DNA of 64,000 bases from Vitrella brassicaformis CCMP3155 (GCA_001179505.1 CDMY01000272.1:76613-140612), one strand, 5' to 3'; positions 24,630-36,526 are shown, counted from the first letter of the stretch. Numbers and translations: made by a program. Notes: a model not told the origin generated them from the letters alone.

Positions 24630-27600
24630 TACATACGATGATAGATAGCACAACAGGTACATGGAGAGGTACACACAGACACGAGGGAGGGAGGGAGGGA
24701 GGTTATCATGTCTTTCCCTCTCTCTGTGTGTGTGTGGCAGATCTTACCGGTGTTTAATTAGGACACGGGACGGGAGGAGTGTAGCCTTTGCATGCCTGCC
24801 TGAGGGATGCGTGGATGGGTGGGCGGGCGTGTGTGTGTGTGTGTGTGTGGAGTGATGCGGTGTCTCCACGACTTCTAGTGCAGTGCATGATTTGTCGGAT
24901 GGCCGCTTTCTCGCACTTTTGCCCAGCGCATAGAAAGATAGCTTGACGGCTGGATGGATGGATGTGCACAGCGGTCTGTCCAAATCTCTCTCTGTGAAAG
25001 CCTTTCTTTTCTGCTGCCTGCGTGCCCGTCTGTTTGCGGCTCTCTCATCCGTGACGAGAGCCCAGACACACAGGCATTCGGACGGCGAAAGGACCGCATT
25101 CTAGAGCGAGTGAGCCCAGTAGCTATGAGGGGGCCTTTCTTGCGATGATTGTATGGAGCAGGGAAGAGAGGGTCTTTCCATCCAACCATTCATCCATCCA
25201 TCCCCTGCACACACCATCACACACAAGAGTGAGCGAGCGTGTATACGTGTGTGTGTGTTTGATGTGTGTGGTGGTGAGGTGTTTAAATGGACTGGGCGGC
25301 AGCCCCGCGCAAGTGCCCATCCGCCCGTCAGGGACCACTGGGCAGCCCTCACACACACACACACACACACACATCCACACCTTCAGCCAGCACCCCCAAC
25401 CAGACTGACTGACTGACTTGTATGCCGTCTCGGCTCGTCTACTCGTCTTTTCACACCCCAACGCTCACACGCTCACAGACAGGTGTCAGATCAGGTCAGA
25501 TCAGATCTCACACACTATTACTATAGGTTTTTGTCCGGGCCCTTCTCTCTTTCATGCGGGCAGGCTCTTCGATCTTCTGTGCAACTGTGAGAGAGGCCGG
25601 CCCATCCACTTCACGCTCCTGACGGGTTCCTTTCACAATTGTCACGACTCACTCGGCGTGTCGCTCTTTTTGCCGTCCCTCCCTGTCTCTATTTCCCTAC
25701 CTTTCTACCACCAACCGACCGACCGACCGACAAAACACACTGACTACACCCACCCATCACATGCACCCACCCCTCTCACACCCTACCTACCTATGGATCG
25801 ATGGATCGGCCCCGATGGATGTCTATCTACTCTCCATGATATTATGTCTGCCCGTGACGACCCGACCCACTCACTACAAAGGTAATAAGTAAGGTACTAG
25901 AGACGCACTGACGCGGTGTCGCCCGTCAGTACCCTGTGAACGTTGGCTGATATTGTGATGGTGGCCTGGCCTGCCTGTTCGACTGACTCGTCTGCACACA
26001 CACAGGGAGAGAGAGAAAGCTATACGTGTACGGGCATCAAAGAGAGAGAGGTGGTGGGATGGGTGTGTTCTCTTTCCTCTTCGGGTGAATCTCGACGAAT
26101 CGGTCTATTGTGCTCTATGCGACCGACACTCACATACACTCTATCTCACTAACTACGTCAGTACCTCTGGCCGATGCTACTCGCCGCTCGCCACACTGGC
26201 CCCCTACTCGTGATGGTGGACAATATTTGCCTGGATGATACTCTTTGTCTCTGTGAGGCTATGATTTTTCGCGCAACAACAAGCCTCGAGGAACCGAATG
26301 AGCTGCCCGGCGGTAGGCATCATCCATCTCGGTGGTGCCTGCCTGCCGCCGAACGTCTTTCTATATCCGATACTTCTTCCAGTGTGCGGGCACGTACATA
26401 CGACAGACAGACAGGAAAGATACTTACCTACCTACCTGCCTACTTCCTCGATGGTTTCTGAGAGGTCTCGGCGTCCACACACACGGAGGCTTTCCATTGG
26501 ATGTGACATGGTGAATGCAATGCTTCATGGCGCATGGCGACCATACGGTGTCGATATCATCCTTCATTCAGGTGTCGCCTGTGTCCCTCCCTCCCTCACT
26601 CCTGTTTTGAAGTGCATGTCTACCCCTCCCTCCCTCCCTCCGTCCCTCTGCATGCGACACATAATACTGCTGCGAAAGGAACCGATGTGTCTCGCCTGGT
26701 GTGTCTCTGACCGACCGACCCATCGATTGCCGTCCTCCTCCTACTATTACTTACTGTCTACGTGAGCTGATGTCAGGGGGGAGGGGGGAGAGAGAGGGAA
26801 CAAGTCCAAGGGCCACACACGAGAATACGCGAGCGTAGCGAGTAGGGGCCATTTCTCCCGACGTTTAATCCTCTCGGTCCTGTTTTCCCTCGTGCGCTAT
26901 CCCTCTTTCACACATCACACATCACACATCACACACACACACTCTATCAGAGTTTGGGGCTGGCTGCGTCCGTCCCTCACTCATCTGTCTGCATCATTCA
27001 CTCACCCACTGGTCATTCGATGGATGGGCCCTTTCCTTCCCTTCCCCTCCGATCCCTCCTGCGTGGCTCTTCGTTCCTACTTTCTTATACCTGCCTACCT
27101 ACCTTCTGTCGTCCGCACACTGTCTCTAAGACTGACGGTTCCTATGACCACTGCCGTCCGAGGGTGCTACCACTGGCCGACCGATATACCGATGATGGAT
27201 GGATGGATGGAAGGATGGACAGACAGACAGACAGCACTCACGGCGGCAGACGAGCTGAGGGCTTAGAACACCCTCGCTCAACCCGTGGGCACATCCATCC
27301 GATGGATGTGCCCACGGGTCGGGGAGACCCGACGGCGCACACACAACACGCCACACACACACTGCCACATTGGATGGGATGATGACATACATTTGATGAT
27401 ATGCGGAACGGTTTTCTTGGCGCAATGACTGCGGACTGACGCGACTGGCTTGTTGCTAATACTACCTACGCTGGCTGTGGATGTCGTGTGGTGTGTGGGG
27501 TGTGGTGGGGGCGGGGTGTTCAAAGGAAAGAGAGACCTTTTGACTGATATGTCTCTGTCTTCTTCCGAGTCCAGCGGCAGCCTCCTGAGTGCCCATCCGC

Positions 27601-29228
27601 CTCCCGTGAAGCACTGGGCAGCCGCCACACACGCGACACACACGCGCGCGCACACACGACACACACACACACATACATGTACATGCCTCGCTCACTCGAC
27701 CGCCGACTGACTCGATGGATGCTGGAAGGAAAGACCCTCTCTTCGCTGCCGTGTGCTGTGCTGTGCTGTGTTGTGTTGTGTTGTGTGTGCGAGTGGATGC
27801 GTGTGAGTGAGTGGATGTGTGTGAGAGTGTGTGTGTGTGTGTGTGTAGGGGGTGGGTGGGGTGGGGTGGGGTGGCCTTTGGTTGGTGTCGTGCACATGTG
27901 TGTGTGAGAGTGTTTGTGAGGGGATGGATGGATGGATGGACTAAGTGCTGTCTGTGTGCGGGTGGGTGTGAAACTCAATGTGGCCACAGAGCCTTTGAAC
28001 ACTGTTGTTGACAAAGACACAGTCAGTCCATGACAAGTAGACGGTGCGTTGACAAGCTCCTCTCCTCTCCTCTCACCGACACCAACAACACACAGCATTC
28101 GCCCACTCGCCCCCGCACACACGCACCACCCACACACATCGCACAGAGAGGGTAGTGGGCCAAGTTGACTGGCTAGGGCGCATGACGAGACATAAATACG
28201 CTCAGCATGCCACACCACACCACACCACACCACACACCCAGCAAGCGGGCCATCCATCCAGCCCATCCCATCCGCCACGGAACAGTACAAGACCCACATT
28301 ACATTACTAGTGACCGACCAGCTGCTTGCTGCTGCTGCGCAGTGACACACACACACATATATACACACACACACACACACACAGATGGATGGCTGGTCTT
28401 CACGTGGCACGGTATGCTTCAGTCAGTGTGTGATGGTTGGATGGATGGATGGACGGGCGATGTGATGTGACCGGAAAAAAGCCTCGCTGGTTGAGTTGAG
28501 CAATCGATGATCGACACGCGACAGAAGAAGAATAAGAAGAAATGCATCACGACGGACGGCAAAGGCAGCAACAGGTGAGTGAATGGTGACTGGATAGATG
28601 GATGAGCCAAGAGAAAGCGAGAAAACCTGTCCTGTCGGGGTAGCTAGCTAGGCTGAAGCGTTGGTGGCTATCACAGACTGGACAGGAGCAAAGAGGTGAG
28701 CGAGCCATACATTCCCCCTGGCCCGCTAACCGTTGCGTGTATGTGTCTCATACAAACAAACACGACAGACACGCAAGGGCGGGCAAACACCAAAAGGCTC
28801 AGATGCACTCGCACGCACCGCATGGGGGGAGGGGCTCTATGCTCTATGCTCTATCGATCCATCCATCCATCTGTCCTGTCTGTCTTTCTGTATGCCTGCG
28901 ATTGATTCGAAGGAGAGAGCGAAGGAGTCGACACAAAGCCACAAGGCAGGCAGGCCCATGAGCCAGTGCCAGTGCCCAAAACCGACTCACTCACCTCGCC
29001 CACTCCCATCGATGACCCTCCCATTCACCCACCCACAGCATTCAGTGACGATGAGCCGGGCATGCTGCTAGCTACCTCGGTAGAGCAGCCCGCTCATCAA
29101 AAATAGCCAAGCAAGCGATCCTTCCACCCGTCCATCGACTCAAATCAAATCAACTTAGTGTCTGTCTCTCTGTCTGTCTGTCTCACTCATGGACCACCCA
29201 TCCCGTGTCTGTTCCCAGATCTTTTCGA
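24630..29228. repeat. Microsatellite-dense intergenic region between convergent genes
   Basis: Runs of (CA)n/(TG)n, (GGAT)n, (GACA)n, (GACT)n, (CCCT)n and (CTAC)n; no credible ORF. Confidence 0.7.
27281..27319. repeat. Perfect inverted repeat, 19-bp arms with 1-nt spacer
   Basis: acccgtgggcacatccatc-c-gatggatgtgcccacgggt. Confidence 0.95.
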
Positions 29229-31537
29229 TTAGTAGCCTTTTTTGTGTGGCTGTCCCTTGTCGTGGCCACCATGTTCATGCCCCTTGTCATGGCCGCCGTG
29301 GTCGTGTCCCTTGCTGTGGCCATCGTGGTCATGTCCCTTGCTGTAGCTGTGCCCATGGCCGTTGCCTATGTCGGAAAACCGCGGTCGTAGTTGGGACTCG
29401 AGCTCCTTGGTCGACGGGATGTCTCTCTTGGATGCGGGGAATTCGGGGAGAGGGGGGTAGTAATACGGCAGGTCGGACGCCACCCACGCCGGCCGCTGAC
29501 CTGGCGCCCTCCCGATGACGGGGAGACTCTTGTCTTGGTCGAGGAAAGACAAACCCAGGCGGACCCACTCGGGCTTGAGGAACCGGAGGCCCTGGTCCAT
29601 GCACGTCCAGAAAGCCACATCGATCGCGTCGATGTCAAGGGGGACGGGGAACTGGTCAACCACATGGATGATCTGACCGACGACAAACACAGCGCGCACA
29701 TGACATCCACACACACGCGTCTCTGTCAGTCAGTGAGTAAGGGAACTAGGTGGTGCGTGGGGTGGTGGGGGCGCTCACCCCGTTGGCGATTTTGATGTCT
29801 GATTCGATGATCTTCTTGCCGTCAATGTAGAAGTGGCTGCCCCGCTGCTCGACCGGCAGGCCTTGATTCCCCAAGTTGGGGAGTGTCGAGGTCTGTGCCA
29901 GGAGGGTTTGGTTCCAGACGCCCGCGATGATGATCTTGTCGAACACTTTGCGGAGGGCGTCCTTATTCTCCGGTTTCACGAGGGCGTCCAGCAGGCAAAG
30001 AGGGAGCGGGTCGCCGGGAATCGCATTTGGGTCGCTGGTGCCTTCGGGAATCACCATGCCCGAGTCCCGGGCCACGACCACCGTCAATGGGCCCGCATTC
30101 GCGACGTTCGCTCCAGCTAAGATCGCACAGAGACAGGATTGATTGCACACACCGCCATGCGTCATGAGCGTTTGTTTGCGCCTGCGTACGAAGGAGGTCG
30201 GTCAGATCAGCCAGTGACGCCAGTCTGGCCAGCCTCGAGTACTCCTGCATGAAAAAAGACAACGACGCGACACGATGAGATGAGATGAGATGAGATGACA
30301 CCGCGTCAGTATGTCGGTCAGCCAGCCACGGCGTCCTCACGCTCACTCACCGGTCTCGCCCTCAGCCAGTCGATAAGCGTGGGGACGCCGTCGTGAAATT
30401 GCGGAAGGAGGATCTTGTCCGTCTCAATCACCGTCCCCTCCACACCCGGGATGACCTTTAGCACGTCCGCCGTCAGGCCGAACGAGTTCACCTTCAACGT
30501 CAAGCGCTCGGTAGAATCTGCCTCGTCACCCTCGCTGTCTCCGGCAGCCGCTTGGTCGCCGACGGGCGGCAGGACGCCCCCCTCACCATCTTGCAGCTGC
30601 CGCCTCCGCCTCCGCCCCGTGAATTCGAGGGCGGCGCTGTCCTTTGGCATTTCGGCGCTTATCGCCAGCGACTGGTTGTTCTCAGTGCGGACCACAAAGC
30701 CCGTGCCGGGTTGGAAGTCCGCGAGGTTGAGGCGCTCCCCGGCCACGATGTGGTAGTTGAGGATTTTCTGATCAAGGGGTGGAATGGAGAAGGTCAACAA
30801 ACACCAACCATGTCACGTGTCTGTGCGTGTCGTCATGATGTACATCCATCCCATCTTCTCATGATTCACCCACCTCCACTGTGTCGGCCTGCAGTGGATT
30901 TGAGAAGATGCTCTGAAAAGCTGGCGGCAGCCCTGACGTGAAGGCTTCGTTGGTCGGGGCGAACACGTTCACCTGCCTGTCTAGCGCCAACCCGACGAGC
31001 TGTGGGACCAGGTTCTGCCTCTCGGCCAGATCATTCAGCTCGGACAGAGACTACACAGAGAGAACGACAAGCCATCCACAAACATGTTGCTCACTCAGGA
31101 GCGACTCAGTGGTTGCGAGTGCGGACCTCTCGAGTGGCGAAGATGTTGAGCAGTCCTTCCGTGGGCTCCTCCTCCTCCTCCCTGCCGGCTGGGGACACTG
31201 CACCGCCCTTTGCGTCCTTGGCACTCTCTTTCGCGCCCTTGGCACTTTCCTTAGCACTCACGTCGCTCTCTTTTGCGCTCTCCTTGGCGCCGTCCTTGGC
31301 ACTTGTTGCCGCCTCCTTGCCACTCTCCTTGGCCGACTCCTTGGCGCCTTCTGTCGCCGACTCGGCCTCCTCGCCCTTGGCTTGGAGGGCCCTCTCGCCT
31401 TGACACGCAGTGCCGCAATCAGATGGGAACTGGGAAAGGTCCATGGCACCCTCTCGGGGCGCCAGGTAGCTGTACGGGTCGCCGCAGGCCGTGGCTAGCC
31501 ATGCGGCGAGCGTGACAAGGGCCCACACGCCACGCAT
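29229..31537 (-). CDS. Secreted fasciclin (FAS1) protein with two FAS1-like domains, KESA repeats and a His-rich tail
   Basis: Hydrophobic N-terminus MRGVWALVTLAAWLATACG; FAS1 motifs VNVFAPTNEAF, KILNYHIV and SDIKIANG|VIHVVDQ; C-terminal GHDHGGHDK repeats. Confidence 0.82.
29254..29345 (-). repeat. Coding 27-bp tandem repeat (about 3.3 units) encoding GH[DE]H[DG]GH[SD]K
   Basis: Units at 29254-29280, 29281-29307 and 29308-29334, each beginning cccttg on the + strand. Confidence 0.9.
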
Positions 31538-31766
31538 GGCAATCAGAGGGGGGAGGGGATGGGCAGCCTTGAGTGGGATGGGCTGTCGATGGATGGAGGG
31601 GGGCCTGGCAGGTTGGGTGACGATGAATGGCGGTCGGTCTCCTTGGACTCGTCCCGTCCCTTCAGATCACCAAGGGCTGCCTCTCTTGCATCGCCTGTAT
31701 CATCAATCCGTCACCACACGCGAAACAGAGCCTCCCAGCGAGCTGTACGGGCCCTTTAGAAGTCTC

Positions 31767-31787
31767 AAACCCTAAAACCCGAACCCT
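31767..31787. promoter_or_regulatory. Degenerate telomere-like (telo-box) repeat in a divergent promoter
   Basis: aaaccct-aaaaccc-gaaccct lies between the ATGs at 31537(-) and 31984(+). Function is not demonstrated. Confidence 0.3.
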
Positions 31788-31983
31788 GCTACTCGAGTGC
31801 GGGATGCCAATCTTATTTTTCCAATCATACGAAGGGTAGCAGCTCACTTTGTCGCCGCCATTCTCTGCAAGCAAGGAACTTCAAGAAACGAAGACGCTCG
31901 CCAATCGTCAGCGAGCTTAACCCCCACCCACCCCCCAGTCTCTGCTGGAGCGTCAGGCTCTCTTCTGTCCTGCTGTCCGCCCG

Positions 31984-34900
31984 ATGTCGGATCCGGTGGA
32001 GGTCAGCATCGAGTACTGCACCTCGAATGGCTTCAGCACCACATACAAGGTCGAGAAATATCCCCAAGTGTGCGACGCAGTAACGGTGAGTGCATGAGAG
32101 GGGGGGACGACAGGACAGAGGGCTGCATGGCGGGTGTGTTTTGGGTGTGGTGTGGTCAGGGGGCCCTCTACGACGAGCTGGGGGAGGTCTCAATCAAGAT
32201 CAATGAAGGTGGGGCTGGCGAGTGGCTTCCCTGCATGTGTCATCTCATCTTTGGTGTGCTTGTCCAGTGCCCAGCGGATGGAAGCCGTACTTCAACATGG
32301 AGAGCATCTACTTCAAGCGCCAAGCAGACGGGTCACCCACACTGTGGTCGTAAGTCCCGACAAGGCTACATACACGCCGTCATGGGCCGGGAGGTCAATG
32401 GCGCGTCGTTTCTCCCTGTCAGCTTCCCAAGGCGTGGTTCGTTTGAAGTCAGCGTCAAGTCTGGCAACGTCTCACGGGTCAGTCAGCCTGGAAGAGGAAA
32501 GGGGAAATTATCACACACACTGCCGCTTCCTCTTCTTGCCTGTCTACTTGTCTGTCACATCATGTCATGCAGGAGATGTTCTCGAAGCTCAAGTCAGGCA
32601 CCTGGCCTAACGTGTCCAAACTCGCAAAGGAGATAGCCAAGGTGGGGCTCAGAGGGACGTGGCGCGTGTAAGGCGATTGTGTATGTCGTTCACAATGGTC
32701 AGTTTGCCGAGGAGCCGACCAAGTACACTCCTCCTGATGCCTCGCCGGGCGGCAAGAACGGCCAAGCAGGAAGGGCACCATCACCCGTAAGGCATTTCTG
32801 GTGTCTTGAAGCCTCTCTTGATCACCATTGTTGCGAGGTGTCTCTGTTGGTTTGTTAGGACCATACCCAGTCACCAGGACCTCGCCCTCGGCCCCCCAGG
32901 CAGAGAGCCGACAGCCCCCGTGGCACATCCAGAATGCCCGAGGCTTTCGCCATGTCGCCCTACTACTCGCCAAGGTCGCCACCCCAAAAACGCCCCGGCC
33001 AGCGGGCCAAGTCCCCCGGACCGGCCGCCAAGCGCAAGGTGTCCAAAGAGAGACGGGAGGAGGTGGAGCAGGAACCAAAACCGCCTGTGACGTTCGGTGA
33101 AGACAAAAAGGTGCGCCACATGGAGGACATTTCAGGCTTTTGGACACGCAAGAAAGCCTCATTCTCTTACCGTCAGGAGAACGTGGTGGAGGAGCGGCCA
33201 CCAAAACCGTCTGAGGACCCTCAGCGTCGCGAGATGGTGGAGGAGCCTGCCCCGCCTGCCCCGCCCCCTCGCGAGCCCGTTGTGGTGCCGACCGTCATTG
33301 TGCCAACGGTGCCCAAGGAGGAGGGCCCACCCGAGCAGCAGGAGGAGGCAATGGTTGTGGAGGAGAAGGAAGAGCCGAAAGAGGATGTCGTCATGGTGCC
33401 ATCGGAGACCAAGTCAGAGAGGTACGACGAGGAGACCTTCGAGGCGCCCGAGGAGGAAGAGGACAAGAAGACCGCCGAGGAGCCGCCGGCAGAGGTCAAG
33501 AGCGAGGCGCCCGTCTCTGAGATCCCTGAGGAAGAGGAGCCACGGACAGTTCCAGAGCACAAAGAGGAGCCGCCCGAGGAGGAAAAGGAGACAGAGAAAG
33601 ACGAGGGTAAGTGAATGTCTTGCAATTCTGTCATATACAGCTTGGTCCCTCCTCAAATGTCTGACGTGTGCAGCTGAGGTGAAGGAGCCCTCCGTCGTCG
33701 GGGAGGAGCAGCCGGCACCAGTGGAGGAGAAGGAGGAAAAGCCCGTGCCAGAGGAGGTCAAGTCGGACGAGGGCTACCAACCCGACTTCGAAGACCAACA
33801 GGAGGGACAAGCAGACACGTACTGCATCGAACACACACATACACCTGCACAGGTTGTGCTGTCATGCCTGGTTTTGTGTGTGCTTCCAGCGCCCCCCCTG
33901 CGCCCGTTGAAGACTTCGCTGGCAAGACAGAGCCGCCTGTCGTTGAAGCTGTCGAGGTTGTCCAGGAGGCCAAGGAGGAGGACAAGACAGCTGAGATGCC
34001 GCTGGTGGAGGAAACAGTCGGGGAGGGAGGGGAGGCAAAGGAGGAGATGCCCGTCGAGGAAGAGGCCGCCAAGCCGGAAGTAACCGAGGACACAGTTGAA
34101 GCACCCGCACAACAAGAAGAGGTTGGTGCATCCACCACCAGAGCAATAGCGCTCACCCATCTCGATGTCACTGTGTCCTTGCTCTGTCACACATCGACAC
34201 GTGCAGGCTCCTCCACCCCGAGAGCCTGACGCCACGCCAGTGGCCCCACATGTCGAAGAAACGTCGCCCGAGCACCGTCACCCACCGACAGAGACCAAGG
34301 AGGAGGAACCTGTCGCTGGTCAGGAGGCCCCTGTGGCCGCCGTTGAGGTCAGTGAAGAGGTCCCGGCACCTGTTGAGGAGCAGAAGGAGGCCGTTCCGAC
34401 CGAGACACAGCAGGAGCCCCCACTCGAGGAGCCTGCCAAAGTCGAGGAAGAAGCCGCTCCTGTGGAGGAGGTGAAAGAAGAGGCCCCACCCGCCATCGTT
34501 GAGGAGGGCAAGGAAGAGCCCCCGGCTGAGACGAAGGGGGAAGAGAACGCCGAGGCTCTTGAGGAGGCCCCACCTGCTCCTGCGGCTGAGGAGGCCGTGG
34601 AGGCATCCGAGCAGCCCAAGGAAGAGCCTCCAACCGAGGACGGAGAGGTGGCCGAGCCCGCAGCGCCACAGGAGGAGGCCCCTGCTGCTGAAGTGCCGGA
34701 GGCGCCTGCCGAGGAGCAGAAGGAGGCTGAGCAGGTCGAAACACAGGCTCAGCCGGCCACTGTGGCTGTGGAAGAGGCTGCCCCTGTCGAGGAAGCCAAG
34801 GAAGAGGCGGCCAAGGAAGAGGCGACCAAGGAAGAGGCGGCGGAGGTCACAGAAGAGAAGGTCGAGGAGGCTCCAGCGGCTGAGCCCGAGGCAAAGGAGG

Positions 34901-36526
34901 AAGTCGCAGAGAAGAAAGTTGAGGAGGCCCCGGCGGCTGAGGCCGAGACAAAGGAGGAAGAGAAGGCCGAGGCTGTTGAAGAGGCCCCGGCCGAGGCAGA
35001 AGAAGAGCCAAAGAAAGAGGAAGAGGTGCGCCAAAGGATCCGTAGATGATCCACACATGCAGGTACGGTACATGGTCTGGGTGTGTGTGTGCCTATCTTG
35101 TGGCTGCAGAAGCATCCGCTGATGGAGCCCTCTAAAACCTATGACCTGAAGCTGGCGGTGGGGCAGGGCAAGAACCAGCGACTCACGTACACCAATACCA
35201 CGGGAGAGGACCAGGTACGGCAGATAGACACCAAAGAATGAGGGCTTGGAAGCAGCTGCCGCTGTCACGTAAATGCCTGGTCTGGTCTGGTGTCGTTCAT
35301 TGCTTCCAACCTTTAGCTGTACCACCTTCGGTCGAGCGACCCCACATTGATGACGTTGAAGCAGGATGAAGTCGCCATACCCAATGGTAGGTAGGGACAC
35401 ACGGAGTACCAGGAAGATTCACACACCCATTCTCAGCACTATATACCAGCTACACTTGTGCCTGCTGTGTGCCCTGTCTGTCATTGACTTGACGAGGCAC
35501 GACTGGCAAGTTCTCGATTCGTTTCAAGGAGGTGAGACAGACAAGCTTGACACTGTGACCCCGCAATGATGCCACTGCATCTCTCTTGCTGTCTGTCAGC
35601 TGGACCATGCGTGTGAGAAGACCTTCTACCTCTACGTGGAGGACGAGAACCTCGCCATCCTCGACTGCATCGCCGTCAGTGTCACCTACATCGAAACTGA
35701 CCAGCCGCCGCGAACCACCCCCCCGCCAGACGAGGGCGAGCAGGAGGGTGCCAAGGCTGCCAAGGCTGAAGAGCCCGAGACACCTGTGCCTCAACCCGAG
35801 TCAGGGGCAACGAGTGTGGCTGTGACTCGTGTGCAGTCGAGGCACCCGACTGTCGCTGTCGTGCCTGAGGTGGAGGGGCAGGACGAAGGGGAGGGCAAAG
35901 CCGAGACGGGCGAGGAAAAGGCCCAGGAGGCTGAAATGGTACGAATGGATGGATGGATGGATGGATGGAGGATGCAGTCGATTCCTTGTGACGCGTGTCT
36001 CTGTGTTGTATGGGTGCGCACAGGGTGGTGGTGAGGCTGGGGAGGGGACTCATCCTGAGATCGAGCCGTCCAAGTCCTACGACCTTCGGTTGGCCGTCGG
36101 GCAGAAGAAGAACCAGAAACTCACCTACACCAACATGACGGGGGAGGACCAGGTGAGGTTAAGAGATGGACGCAAGAATGTACAGCCACATCCAAACAAG
36201 AAAGCACTGTACACGGTGTGATAGGTGTATCATCTCCGCACGAGCCATCCTGCCTTCATGGTGCTCAAGGAGGACAAGGTGCCCATCGCCGCTGCCGCCA
36301 CGGGCAAATTCGCCATCCTCTTCAAAGAGGTCATTCGGCCGCCAGCTGTCCCACCATCCACAGGGATGGATGTCCATGTGTGTGTGTGCAGGTGTCGGAG
36401 GCGTGTGAGAAGAGCTACTACTTGTATGTTGACGACAGCGACAACAACCTCATCGAGTGCATCCAGATCAACATCATATACATCGCCCACGGGCTCAATC
36501 CTTCACCCACGAGTCTGAGGGACTGA
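31984..36526 (+). CDS. Multidomain protein: N-terminal Rdx/SelW-like thioredoxin fold, long Glu/Ala/Pro-rich region, two NPHP4 C-terminal-like Ig domains
   Basis: Exons join in phase to MSDPVEVSIEYCTSNGF...WSFPRRGSFEVSVKSGNVSR|EMFSKLKSGTWPNVSKLAKEIAK. Two copies of EPSKxYDLxLAVGQxKNQxLTYTNxTGEDQ|xYHLRxSxP...CEKxxYLYVxD...CIxxxxxY follow the acidic region. Confidence 0.75.

Noticed and set aside
32014-32030. Possible selenocysteine recoding in the Rdx domain
   Set aside because: The codon is AAT, not TGA, so no Sec or SECIS element is implied.
34168-35400. 410-aa minus-strand ORF, Leu/Phe/Gly-rich
   Set aside because: It is the antisense shadow of the Glu-rich exon on the + strand.
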